This document shows positions 25,343-37,602 of a DNA stretch of 64,000 nucleotides, piece by piece; positions within the stretch are counted from its first letter, which is position 1; every line of letters begins with the position of its first letter. The position numbers were made by a program, and so were the translations under genes. Origin of the DNA: Podarcis cretensis (taxonomy: Eukaryota); contig OX638153.1 in the NCBI GenBank assembly GCA_951804945.1, positions 37,758,001 through 37,822,000 on the forward strand. The letters run 5' to 3'. The notes beneath the pieces are model-generated. The model saw only the letters and a program-made list of their open reading frames with translations. It was not told the DNA's origin and did not search any database.

Positions 25343-27994
25343 CTGGCAACACTGCACTGGGCAGCCAGGCTCCTCTGTGCGCCTCAACGGAGGAATCCAG
25401 TCACTTAAGGGACGGGGGGGGGGGGGAGGTGCTGATATAGCTCCTTGCACAGGGGTGGAAACCCAAATAGGAAATTATAAAATGTTAGGTGCACTAATCC
25501 AGTTACTGGGGAAACAAAAGTTCCTGTGGGAGGCAATCAGCTATTTACCAGTACTTTATTGTGCTGTTTGCTAAACAGCAGGTCTGATTGCTCAGTATTA
25601 TGAGTATACATAAAAACTAGTTGTATTACGGTATTTATGCAGTTTAAGCAGGGCCGGATTTAGATGAAAAGAGGCCCTAGGCTACTCCACTGGTGAAGCC
25701 CCTCCCCATCCCCCATCCTCACAACTAGAAGAAAATGGAAGCCAAGGATGATAATGGGTATTTAAAATAATGGGTATTTAAAATTCTACAATTCACAGTT
25801 TCTCCTCTAAAGGACATAAGCTATTATTGCTAAATATCATGGTGTTTTTTAAAAATGAATAAAATTAACACTGAAAAACTTTTGCCTATGGCCTGGGCAG
25901 GCCTGGTCGTCCTCTTATATACCTGCTGGGATTGACAAGGCATCTGACCCTCTCCTTAATCTCATAGCTCTCCTGTAGCTGCCTCTGATTGGTTATCATT
26001 TAACTCTCACATGAAATAATTAGCATCACACGTCATGTGCATGGAAGTGGCCGAACCAATTAACCAACTAGAAGGATTACTGTTAATAGCTCCAGTTTTC
26101 CTATACTGTAACTTGATATTGCTGAATATGGGCAGGCCATTGTGTGTATATTTCAGCAGTTGAATGTACAAGTTTATGGCCATGCTGTAGTGTACTGCTT
26201 ATGCGACTGTGAATAAAAGCTGGCTGGCTTCATTGTCTTGGGGTTTGGGGGGGGGGAGAGGTGACAAAACTGATTTCCAATAAGTGCCCCCCTTTATTTC
26301 CATAACAAGTCCTTGAGTCTGTACTCTGAACAGTGACACCAGGGACCTAGAAGGTGCAGGGCTTGTCAGCCCAACCCCTGCACAGTCTCATTTTAATTGC
26401 TTATATGTCAGCGGCTCCAGGAGCCTTTCTGGCTGGAGAGTGGGAAACGAATGCTCTACTAAATAAGCCATGGGTTGCCCCCTCATTTTAAAAACAAAGC
26501 AACAGTACAATTTCAACTAGCTGAATAGTGTTACCTACACCCCTCAGTGGTGAGAGGTTTCAGGGGTCCCCACACATACCTTAGGTTTGGATTTCTTGGA
26601 ATAAAGGTTATTGGAAACTTCTGTCATTTGTGTGATTTAAGACTTATTTACACATGCATACATTGAACATAATACAAAAGGCTTGCAGCATTAACACTTC
26701 AACATATCATGTTCTCGTATTTAGCTTTGCAGGTGGGCCCAGGTTCAAGAAAGACCCAAAAAGCAGGTTAGCTTTCCTTCTCCCCCTGCCCAGGCAGAGA
26801 ACAAAAAGATGGGCAATCCTCCACCATCTTGCTCATTCAGGAAGGTGAGCTGATAACAAAAGAGCATGCACAAGTAAAGAACTTGCCAGGCCAGTTCCTA
26901 TACTTTTGCTAATCCTCTAATCTGTTTTTTATAGTCCATGGAGGGTGTCCTTGAGAATTTTTTCAAACTACCCCCACAATTGTCTTCCACTTCCTAGGGA
27001 ATTCTGAGATGATAACTATGAGAGGAGACTAGGGATTATTAACAGAGTATTCTCAACACTCTCATCAAATTACAGGATTCTTTGGGGCAGGAGGAATGCC
27101 ATGAGAGGAAAACTGGTTTAAAACAGATGGAAATTTGTATTTTTGGTAGATGTTACTCCCATCTACATGTTTGTTGACAAACTCAGGGGAATTGAAATGT
27201 TTAATGAAGCAGGACACCCCTCAAGAGAAATTGTGCTGATTTTTTGGGCAGCAAGGCATATTTGTTTAATAATTCTGTTTTAATAATGTTGCCTCAAAAC
27301 TATCCAAGGACATACATTAGGTATTTATAATTTCATGCACTGCCCTCTAGATCACTTTTAAAGAAAGGGTATTGCATTAGTAGGGTTGCTGTATTCCAGT
27401 TCCCCAGTTGCATATTCATTGTAAGCTTTCAACACAAAATAAGACATGAGTTAGAAAGCACATGTATTCCCATCTTTGATGCTATGTTGATTTTTTTTTG
27501 TTTTTGTTCTTGAAAAGGGGGCATACTGCTGCCTAATCACACTCTAAAATACTAGATCTCTTATTTTTAAGGGTAGGTATCCCTTTTGCTCTGACAAAGA
27601 GAGAGAAATAGTTTCAAAAGAAACCAGAAAGTTCTATCACACGATCGATTTGTGGCTCATATATTTCCTAATGATATCTCTGCTTCCCTTTTATTTTATT
27701 TCTGTTTCCGTATTTATTTTATTTACATACCACCCAACTGTGAGGGTAGTGGGGAGGGGGCTATTGCCCCCCCCCCAATTTTTATTGTGTATATTGTGTT
27801 TTTATCTTGCATTTTTATGCTGTGAACTGTCCTGAGATCTTCAGATAAAGGGTGGTATACAATTTTTTTCTCAAAGAATACCAAGCATAGTAGTTTGTTA
27901 AGGGTTGCTGGAAATTGTAAGTCTGTGAGGTGTAAACTACAGTCCCCAGAGTTCTTTGAGGGAACTCATCTGTTCTGAATGTGTTTTGCGTACA

Positions 27995-28290
27995 CACGAA
28001 GACTCTCAGAAGCATGCCAGCCAGACTTAGTAACTTTTTCATGTGCATTTTGTTGACAAGCCCTAGAACATCTCATCGTCTCTGCTTGACTTGTCTCATC
28101 AGATATTCTCCCCGAAAAGTGGTTCAGGTGTGAACATCTGTCCAACATCTTCCACACTGAAGAGCAAAACAAAGAATTCTTGTAGCTTCTCTATGGTCTC
28201 CCTGTCTTCCTTCAACAATCATCCTACACATTGACTAACGATTCAGCAGCCTTCCTGGATTTTCTGCTTGTGATGTAAAGGAATCTGTTT
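27995..28290 (-). mobile_element. Degenerate CR1 LINE ORF2 fragment (pre-RT region)
   Basis: Reads EKLQEFFVLLFSVEDVGQMFTPEPLF, resembling the CR1 motif AEKLNEFFASVFT.ED. Confidence 0.6.
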
Positions 28291-29243
28291 TGTTTTGTTT
28301 GTTTTAAACTTTTCACAGTCTTGTTAGGAACACCGGAAGCTGCCTTATGCTGAATTAGACCATAGGTCCATATTCCTCAGTATTGTCTATGCCGAACCAC
28401 AACCCTTCTCCCATTTATTGACAACATAAACTTCCATTTTCTAGACATTGTAATTTTAATTATGCATACCTATAAAAAGACAATAACATATTTACTTTTT
28501 AACCTTGTTATTACTTAGGAGGTAATGTGCAGCACATCTACTCAGATGTAAGCCCCAATGGAGCTTACTCCCAGGTAAGTGTCTATTGAACTGCAGTCTT
28601 CTAAAAAATATTGGGTTGCTTCTGCTGACACCAGGTACTGTGCTCTTGAGGAATAGGATCTGTTTCATAAGCCTAGGCTAATGTGAAAAGGGCTGAGCCA
28701 TTTCAGGGCTGTGCTTGTTTTTGCCAAGATATACAAAGCATCCAATTTCATACTGGCCAAGCAGCCAATAAAACTGCCAAAGATGTGTCATGTCACAAAG
28801 TTCAGAAACACTTGTCCACTTTGATCCTATTTTTTGGACAGTACGGTTAGACCTTCAGAAAATGTAGATGTGCTTTTTACAAACAAATATTTACTCTAAT
28901 GACAAATTAACATAAAATATATTTTATGATAAAAAGGGGGGGGAGTGCTGCACCCAACTAATTTTACAAGTTGGACCTGTAACAAAATGTTGCCATGTGG
29001 AATCCAACCACTCCATTTCCCCTCCCTCTGGTTTTCTGGTTTTCCAATAATAAGCAATAGATGCCCACTGAGCATACCAATTATCACTGGACTCATTTGA
29101 TTTTTTTCCCTTGGGAAGCTTCCCCCAATCCCTTTTGTACTTCTGAAAAACCTCATGGTTCCCCTAAGTCTGCTGATAACTAATGTTTTGTCATATTGCT
29201 TCTAAAAAGAATGGCACTCAGAAAATTGAGGTCACTATTAGTA

Positions 29244-29488
29244 CAGTGGTACCTCGGGTTACAGACACTTTGGGTTACAGACGCTTCAGGTTACAGACTC
29301 TGTTAACCCAGAAATAGTACCTCGGGTTAAGAGCTTTGTTTCAGGATGAGAACAGAAATCGTGGTGCGGCGGTGCAGCAGCAGCAGTGGGAGGCCCCATT
29401 AGCTAAAGTGGTGCTTCAGGTTAAGAACAGTTTCAGGTTAAGAATGGACCTTCAGAAAGAATTAAGTTCTTAACCCTAGGTACCACTG
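29244..29488. mobile_element. Tc1/mariner-type MITE (second subfamily)
   Basis: TA TSD and TIRs; similar to 17847-18080. Confidence 0.88.
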
Positions 29489-32400
29489 TATATAGAGCTG
29501 GATCTGCAACAAACTCTGGTGTTCTGGTTTAATTCCATTCACCCTCCACATACAGCAATAGTGTTCTATTGCCACTGAGCATACTCAGTTCTCTTTTTTT
29601 CTTTTTAAATAGATTTTTATTAGGATTTTTTTTAAAAAGTTACAGAAGAAAAAAGAAAAAATATAAGTAACAATCAAAAAAGGAAAAGAGAGAACAATAC
29701 CTATAAAACAAACATCATCCAAAAACATAAAAGAAAAGAAGAAGAAAAACAAAAACAAAAAACAAATCAAACCTTTACATCACTCATTTTCAATCGCTTA
29801 CTTCCTTGGGAAGTCAATTGTATAGCTAGTTATAAGTACATTGCAGAAAATCTGATCTAGTTTTTATGGTATAATGTGTAGTTCCAATATTTCTTGAAGC
29901 AAACACACACACGCATACACTCATATATGTACACATGCCACATAGAATGCAACTCCTGATACTGGGCAACTCACACCTGCGAGTCCCCGTGTCCCGTCCC
30001 CCCCCCCCCCCCCCGTGGATTCAAATGCAACTGAGGGTTTACACTTGCTGTTTGCATTGGAAGAGAACTTTTCTTCCAATGCAAACAGCAGGCATGAGAG
30101 CCGGACAGTATCAGGACTGCAGCAGGAGGGCAAATGGTTAAACCCCACTGCCTCCCCTGAGTCTCAATCTCGATTGGTTTGGGGCCCCCACACCTCCTAT
30201 GTACTATTTAAAAGCCATTCATGCACACGCTAATTTCATCTAGTTTGGCCATGGCTGATTGCCATGTTTGATGTGGGCAGCAGATTTCCCCATCTGACCT
30301 ATCAGGTCAGATTCACAATGACTCAGGTCCCCCTCCCCAACTCCTATTGTGAGTCATCTTCAGCTGCCTTGCATTCTCTTTATCCGTAACACAGTATTAA
30401 CCAAGGTTAGATGCTGCCTTGATATTTTCAGCTCTGGAAGTATGATTCTATCCTCTCCCATCCCTCTTTCCTTTTGTAATAGAAACTCTTCTGTGGGCAG
30501 TGGGGGTGGGGTGGGCAGCAATGCATCTCAAGCACTAAGCACCCCCCCCCCTAGGTTTGAGATGCTGTTTCTTCGCCTACATGCCCACTTTTCTGTTCTT
30601 CCTGGGCTGCCTCTTTCCCCCTAGCCCCACCCCAACTCCCCTCTGTGGCTCAGCAGCCTTGAACCTTGACCCTGCGTTTCTTGAAGCGGAAATGAAAATG
30701 GATTACCTTGGTCTTCCCTCCGTACACCACTGTCTTCTCCACCCCCACCACCCACCACTTCCCTGCCTTGAGGGCCGCCCTCCCCAAACCCTTAAGCTGG
30801 TCTTAGCTATGAGGAAAGGCTACAACATTTGGGAGATCTTAGTTTAGGACACACGGGTGAGTAGGAGAGGCATAACAGATGTGTGCGAAGTTGTACCCTT
30901 TATCATTATTCTAGGACCTCAGACCATCCAATGGAGCTGAATGTTGGAAGGAGAGGAAACAGAAGTCATGTTGTACCAGTAGATCTCCTATATATGTAAC
31001 AGTGAACTATCACGTTACCAGGGGATCGTAAAATGCTCCTTGCACCTACTTCTGCCAGCCAGGTTCCTGTTTACAGCAGTTTCAAACATATTTCCTGCTG
31101 TGACTTGGCAATATCCCAGTCAGGTGGACGGGCACGCCTGAGCTTGAAGCGTAGCTGTTCTCACACATAACTGTTCTTATCACTTTGTCGTGTAATGCCC
31201 TCAATGACCTTTAACTATTGAAATTAAAATTCTGTTCTATTGAAAGGACATTAAAAGAAACTGGTGCAATCTTGGAACCGTTTATGACCTGAACAAATGT
31301 ACATTATTGAACTTGGGGCATGTTAATGGACCTACCATTGCATACTTTGTTTACATGTATGGATAGATGAAATATTCAATTGACTGAGCATAAACCGGGG
31401 CAGAAATTTGATTAGAACTAGACACAGATCGGATGGGCACATGGATTTTCGCATTCCACTATCCTTTGCCCTTCTAGTAGCAGTTTAGTGAATGCTGCTT
31501 CGATAATTTGCACACATGTACGAGAGACTTATTTATAGAACCAATATATAACAGAGTATGAAAGGAGATGTATGTTGTTTATTTATCTCACACTTCCTCT
31601 CACAACAACCACACAAGAACCCTGTGAGGTTGGATAGACTGAGAGAGTGTCCAGACCAGCCTTTTTCAACCTTGGGTCCCCAGATGCTGTTGGACTAAAC
31701 TCCCATCATCCCTGACCATAAGTCCTGATAGCTGGGGATGATGGAAGTTGTAGTCCAACAGCAGCTGACATGTAACTTTTGAATAAATGTATTATTATTT
31801 TTATTTTAAAAAAAACATCCACACAAAAATGAACAGTGTTCATGTTTAGCATATGTAATTACAAATCTGAACATGTAGGTGCCATGCTCATATTCACAGT
31901 ACATGTTCACATGGATGAGAACATAGAAATGTGGATATTCTCTGCTGAAATGCCAACTCTACTAAATATGTGACTCAGATCTCAAGATGTCAAGATCATA
32001 TGACTGAGATTTTGGGTGTAGGAGTCACAAGAGCAATGAGATAATCCAGTTTGTTATAGTTGAAAGCTCCATACAAAAAAAGTTAAAGCGCTTATGACTA
32101 AATGAGTGCAAGCCAATTTAAGCAAAGGAAATTCTGGAGCCCTGGAAAGGTTGGCACATGATATGTCCTGATAGTATCGGACAGACACTGGGGTACAAAG
32201 CCTACTTTCCAGCAAAGACTGCCACATTCTTTTATTTGATTTTTGATGACATATGTGGTATAAATCTCCCAGGGACATTGTTCAGGCAATTGCTTTGCTT
32301 ATTTATTTCACTATTAACCTTGACCTGGTGTACAATTACATAAGGAGAGTAATTATATTTTCTGGCACAAGAAATATGGGAGGTGTTTTATGGAGAGACT

Positions 32401-35140
32401 TTGCTCACTCTGGTTGGCTGTGGATATCTTAAACCTTCATAAGGAGTTTTATGAAGTCAGTTTGTAATGATTAGGGTTCCCTGCCTTCTGCTGTAACAAC
32501 CGTCTCTCAGAAACGATTTCCCTATCTTTGTTTATAGGGGTTAATTAAATGGATAGCCATGCACAGTGCTGTTCCTCTTCTACTATACATGTGGATACAA
32601 TTTCTTTTTATTATTGATTGGGTCACGATGGCACATGCTTATTGAACAGCTTAGTTTCAGTAGTCTGGATCCTCATATAAGTTAAGGAAGCCCATGGGAA
32701 GTTTCTCACCCTGTCCCTGTTCCCTCCAGTCACAAGCACCTTCAGCAAAGCTTTTTTGGAGTTTGGAAGATGGTTCCTTAACAATGTGTGATGAGGCATG
32801 GGCGAGGGAGAGCTTTTGGGGAAGGGGGATATCACTCCAAATCAGACTTAGATCCTAAGATATGCATATGTTTTGAGTAAGGGACTTCCAACCCTCCATG
32901 GTGACTTTGGGATGTGTGTGCAGATGGATGGGGGAAAGGGAATGGGGAACTTCTGTGAACTGCCTGAAGTCAACTATCTTAGGTTCTAATCCAGTGCGTC
33001 AAGTAGGTTTGAGAACCTTTGACCCTCCAGAGATTATTGGACTCCAGCACCTATTGGCTTCAACCACCATGCCCAATGAGCAGGGATGGCATAGTCCAAC
33101 AACATCTGGAGGGCAACAGGTTCCCCACCATTGATCTGCAGCATATCATCACATACGAATAGGCAAAACAAAGGTATTTGTCAAACATAAACATTTGGAA
33201 GATTCCTGTTGGACTGGCCAATGTCCATCTAGTCCAGAATTTGGTTTCCTTTGGTAGTACCCAGATGGCTGCTTCAAGGGGGCTTACAAGTGTGACACAA
33301 AGGCCCTACATTGCCCCCATCATCTGATATTGAGAGTAAGAACATTACAAGAGCCCTGTTGGATCAGACCAAAGGCTCATCCAGTGCAGTATTCTGTTCT
33401 CACAGTGGTCAACCAGAGGTTGAGCGCCTTCATTTGCTGAAGTGTGTTAAACTTGCACAAAGGAGAGGGCATTTTTCTGTAATGAGGCCTTAACTTTGGA
33501 ACACTCTCCCTACTGAAGTGGAACAGGATGTCAATGTTACATCTTTTCAGTGCCAGGTTAAAACTTGTTTGCTCAGGCATTTAAAATATTTGATTTTGGT
33601 CTGCTTATGCTTTGCTCTTCCACCCCACCCTATTATTTGGGTTTCAAAAGAGAAAAAAATAAACTGATTGCCTAATAATGCATATAATTTCATCTAGACT
33701 GCATCAGATTTTGTGCTCAGCGGCTGCAGTGGGCTATGCCACACATACAGATTATGGCTAGAAAGGGCCGTAGCTTAGTGGTATCAGAGTATGTGTTTTT
33801 TTGTGTGCAGAAGGTCCCAAATTCAATCCCCAACATCTCCAGATTGGGCTGGGGAAGGCTCCCATTTGAAACCCTGGAAAGCCTCAAGCAACAGCCAGGG
33901 TTTATGATGTGTGGATGCATACCCACCCCAGCTGCATCTGAGAGCCACTTTTTCAATTTGCCACAATGACTTTACAGCATCACTCTCACATAGTGTTGAT
34001 CAAAATGCTTCTATTGTCACCAATAGGGAAGCCCTGAGGAGAACTCACCAACTGTCACTGTAGACAATACTGAGATAGGTGGGCCATTAGAGCAACGTTC
34101 TTACGGAGTATAAAAATAGCTTCCTATATTCATGTGCTGCCCATGTGAACTAGCAGCAATCAGCTTAGGAACCAGCATTGCTCTGGTGTGGGTTGTGAGT
34201 TTCAGATGTGCTCATTCAGTGTGCTTGATACTTGACAAATGTTCTGGGTATTCAATGCTACTCAGAATAGGCTCATTGGGTGGTATTAAACTAAATAAAT
34301 GCACGAGTGGAAAAACTTTTGTTTGTGCAACAGGACTTTCCCTCCCCCTCTCCTTCCTCCATGCACATCCCACCACCCCCAGATTTGCTCCAAAGGGTAG
34401 CAAGAACTCCCAGAAGAGATTTAAGGAGCACACAGGGAGAGAAGGGGGGTAGGGAAGTCCTACAAAGTGCTACTTAGCACAGCATTGAAGATGGCTCATT
34501 TAAATTAATAAACATGACTAACTTAGGTTCATTCATTTAAATGGATCTACTCTGACTTGATGACTACAGACCTTTATCTGGAAACACCAGTAGTCTAGAG
34601 CAGATCTCCATGGGAACATACCGAACGCATGGGTTGGTGCTTTGCCACACCAGAAATGTGGGGAAAGTCCTCTGGAAAGGATGGTACGACCAACACAGGG
34701 CAATTGTACACCGGCAACACACTTTGGAAAGTTCCAGTTCAGTGACTGGTAGGTCTTAGGCGTTGCCCTCACTCTAGGGTTGGGGTCATGGTGAGTCTTG
34801 ATAGAAAAGAAGAAAATCATTATCACGATGTCTTTCTTTAAATCCTTGATGAGGTCTATAGTACTAGACAGCCTTCAGTTGTAGAGTGGGCTTTCTAGAA
34901 GATAGATTGATTTTAATACTACAGTGCAGAGCAAAAACAAGGTCTGGAAGGCATTGGTTATAGAAAAAGTATACCGAAAGCGAGTTTAAACAGCTGCCTG
35001 GCTCTGCCCTTTTACCAGAAATCAAATGTTTTGACTACGAATGAATACCTAATGAAACAACTGAAGTAAACCCCACAGGCTATGTCTACAAAAAGGCTAT
35101 TATATCTGATGCAATATAATATATGATATATATGATGTGA

Positions 35141-35512
35141 GGGACGCAGGTGGCGCTGTGGGTTAAAGCCTCAGCGCCTAGGACTTGCCGATCGAAAGGT
35201 CGGCGGTTCGAATCCCTGCGGCGGGGTGCGCTCCCGCTGCTCGGTCCCAGCGCCTGCCAACCTAGCAGTTCGAAAGCACCTCCGGGTGCAAGTAGATAAA
35301 TAGGGACCGCTTACCAGCGGGAAGGTAAACGGCGTTTCCGTGTGCGGCTCTGGCTCTGACTCTGGCCAGAGCAGCGATGTCACGCTGGCCACGTGACCCG
35401 GAAGTGTCTCCGGACAGCGCTGGCCCCTGGCCTCTTAAGTGAGATGGGCGTACAACCCCAGAGTCTGTCAAGACTGGCCCGTACGGGCAGGGGTACCTTT
35501 ACCTTTACCTTT
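35141..35512 (+). mobile_element. Sauria SINE, full length
   Basis: tRNA-like head with B box GGTTCGAATCC, (ACCTTT)n tail, TSD ATATATGATGTGA. Confidence 0.94.
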
Positions 35513-35729
35513 ATATATGATGTGATCTAACATTCCAAAGTGTGGGGTACCACACAATTTTAATTGTGCTTTGAGGATGACCATATGTACGAGATAAACT
35601 GCCATGCTAGGTAACTGTGATGCTACAAACCTTTAATATGTAACTGGAAATGGATGGGATATAAATTTAGTTGGCATTCTTAACCTGCAGTCTTTTGCAC
35701 AGAGATCATGTGGAAAAACAGAGAATAGC

Positions 35730-35745
35730 CAGTGCCACCTGCTGT
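35730..35745 (-). promoter_or_regulatory. Candidate CTCF site (ACAGCAGGTGGCACTG)
   Basis: Near match to the CTCF core, intergenic between LGI1 and SLC35G1; motif only. Confidence 0.4.
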
Positions 35746-35997
35746 TTACAAGTAGGAGCTACAAACTAATAAGGGAATTAAGAACAGGCCATTAAAGAGA
35801 GTTTCTGCCTCCTTCCTCACTGTTGCATTTTTTGTGTTACAAAGATCTGTGTGACAAACGTGCACTTTTCAGAAAAACAACAAATTTACACAATTTGTCA
35901 ACTAATACATAGCAACTGGGGGATGTGGTATTACATGTGTGTGCAAACACAGCTAACTGATTCTATGTGAACATGGCATAAGTCACAGTAACTTATA

Positions 35998-36215
35998 CAG
36001 TCATACCTCGGGTTGAAATTGCTTCAGGTTAAGCATTTTTGGGTTGCACTCGGGTTTTGTCGCTCGCACAGACGGTCAAAATGACATCACACGCATGCCC
36101 AGAAGTGACGAATAGCAGCCCGCACACACACAGATGCACAGACACAGGTTGTGTTCGCTTCAGGATGCAAACAGGGCTCTGGAATGGATCCTGTTCGTAT
36201 CCAGAGGCACCACTG
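35998..36215. mobile_element. Tc1/mariner-type MITE (third subfamily)
   Basis: TA TSD and TIRs; reverse-orientation relative of 24185-24402. Confidence 0.82.
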
Positions 36216-36249
36216 TATATGAAAAGATGTGGCCATCCTTCATAAAATC

Positions 36250-36897
36250 CTGAAAACTACCAAGACAACCTTGAACAATTATACAATTGTAATTTTGAAG
36301 GACTGCATCTGTACCAGGAAACTGACAAGACTTGCCTCACATAGATGGTAACACACGAGAGTTATCCATCTTTCTCTAAAAGGCACTTATCTAGTCATTT
36401 AATGAGGCAAACAAGAAACTTGTCACAGTAGAGAAGCAGGTACTTAGTGCAACACCACAATGGGGATTTCCTTGACTTTGCTCACGGCCCACGAAGAGGT
36501 AGGCAGCTGCACATTGCTGATATAAAACAAGCAAGGAAAACATGGTAGTCACAAGATACTCACATGCACTGTTGACACTGGTGTGATGTTGCTATCTGTT
36601 AGGGTGACACAGATATTTCCAGCTGGTGATGAATTATAGTTGGTTCTTGGATCAAGGAATCATTCCCACTAGACGTTTACTGCTTACTCATGAAATATCT
36701 GAGAAAATGAACGTTCTTCCAATGTTCCGTGTACTTAGAAGATGCGACATGGTGTTATTGCGAGTTTGCAGGTTTCCTACAGGCAACTAGTTGGCCACTA
36801 TGAGAACAGGAGGCTGTGTTAGATGTGCCATTGGCCTGACTGCACCTGCAGGGCTCTTCTTATGCTTTTATCATTTGGAAAGATAACAGCCTGGGTA
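36250..36897 (+). pseudogene. Fossil DNA-transposon nuclease, XPG/PIN-H3TH type (AcademX-like)
   Basis: Decayed motifs in order: VPGN*QD..IDGNTRELSIFL, AHEEVGSCTLL, KILTCTVDTGVMLLSV, VLPMFRVLRRCDMV and FGKITAW, the last following a short inserted repeat. Confidence 0.6.
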
Positions 36898-37512
36898 AGT
36901 TATTATAGCAACGTCGCATTAACATACGATTGACTGATATTTAAAGTTGTATCCTTTCCTCTCCAGCAGAGATCCAAATGCAAAGAGCCCCCTCTGAGCT
37001 GCATTTAGCAAAATGAAAACTTGTCATTGCATACTGCTCAACTGTCCCGATTCTACTGGGGCAGCCATGGAATTAGAAAAGCCACCACGGTTTCTGAGCT
37101 AATCCTGGGGTGCTCAGATTTCTCCCTGCCAGCAGACAGAGGCCATGGAAGCAGCTCCTGAGGCAGCAGCAGTGTTGGGAAGGCGGCATGCTGTTTCTTT
37201 TCATCCACTCAGGCCAAGCATGGCATGCTGACTTCGCATCTGTGGTGGCACTTTTCACAGAGATGAGGAATTGCCTCCCACGCTGCCAGTTTCCAGCTAT
37301 CCCAGCCCTAGTGGACTAGGCCACAATGGCTATTAGTATTGGCAGGAAGTGCTACTGAGGGAATTCCTACCTCAGGGGCTTAAAGTACGCGTGTGGACCA
37401 ATCTCGTGAGGAATCTGCACTTGGAAATGGACAGCCTGGGTGTCGCAAGTGGGACTTAGAGATATGCCTCCTTATCTGGGTGCTGGGAAGGGACTTCGGG
37501 AGAGGCTTTGCT

Positions 37513-37602
37513 CATAGCTGTCAACTTTTCCCTTTTTTAAAGGGAAATTCCCTTATTCTGAATAGGATTCCTCGCAAGAAAAGGGAAAAGTTGACAGCTA
37601 TG
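37513..37602. repeat. Short palindromic MITE-like element
   Basis: CATAGCTGTCAACTTTTCCCTTTT is inverted at the other end; no convincing TSD. Confidence 0.7.

Noticed and set aside
35141-35225. tRNA-like sequence with GGTTCGAATCC
   Set aside because: This is the tRNA-derived head of a Sauria SINE, not a tRNA gene.
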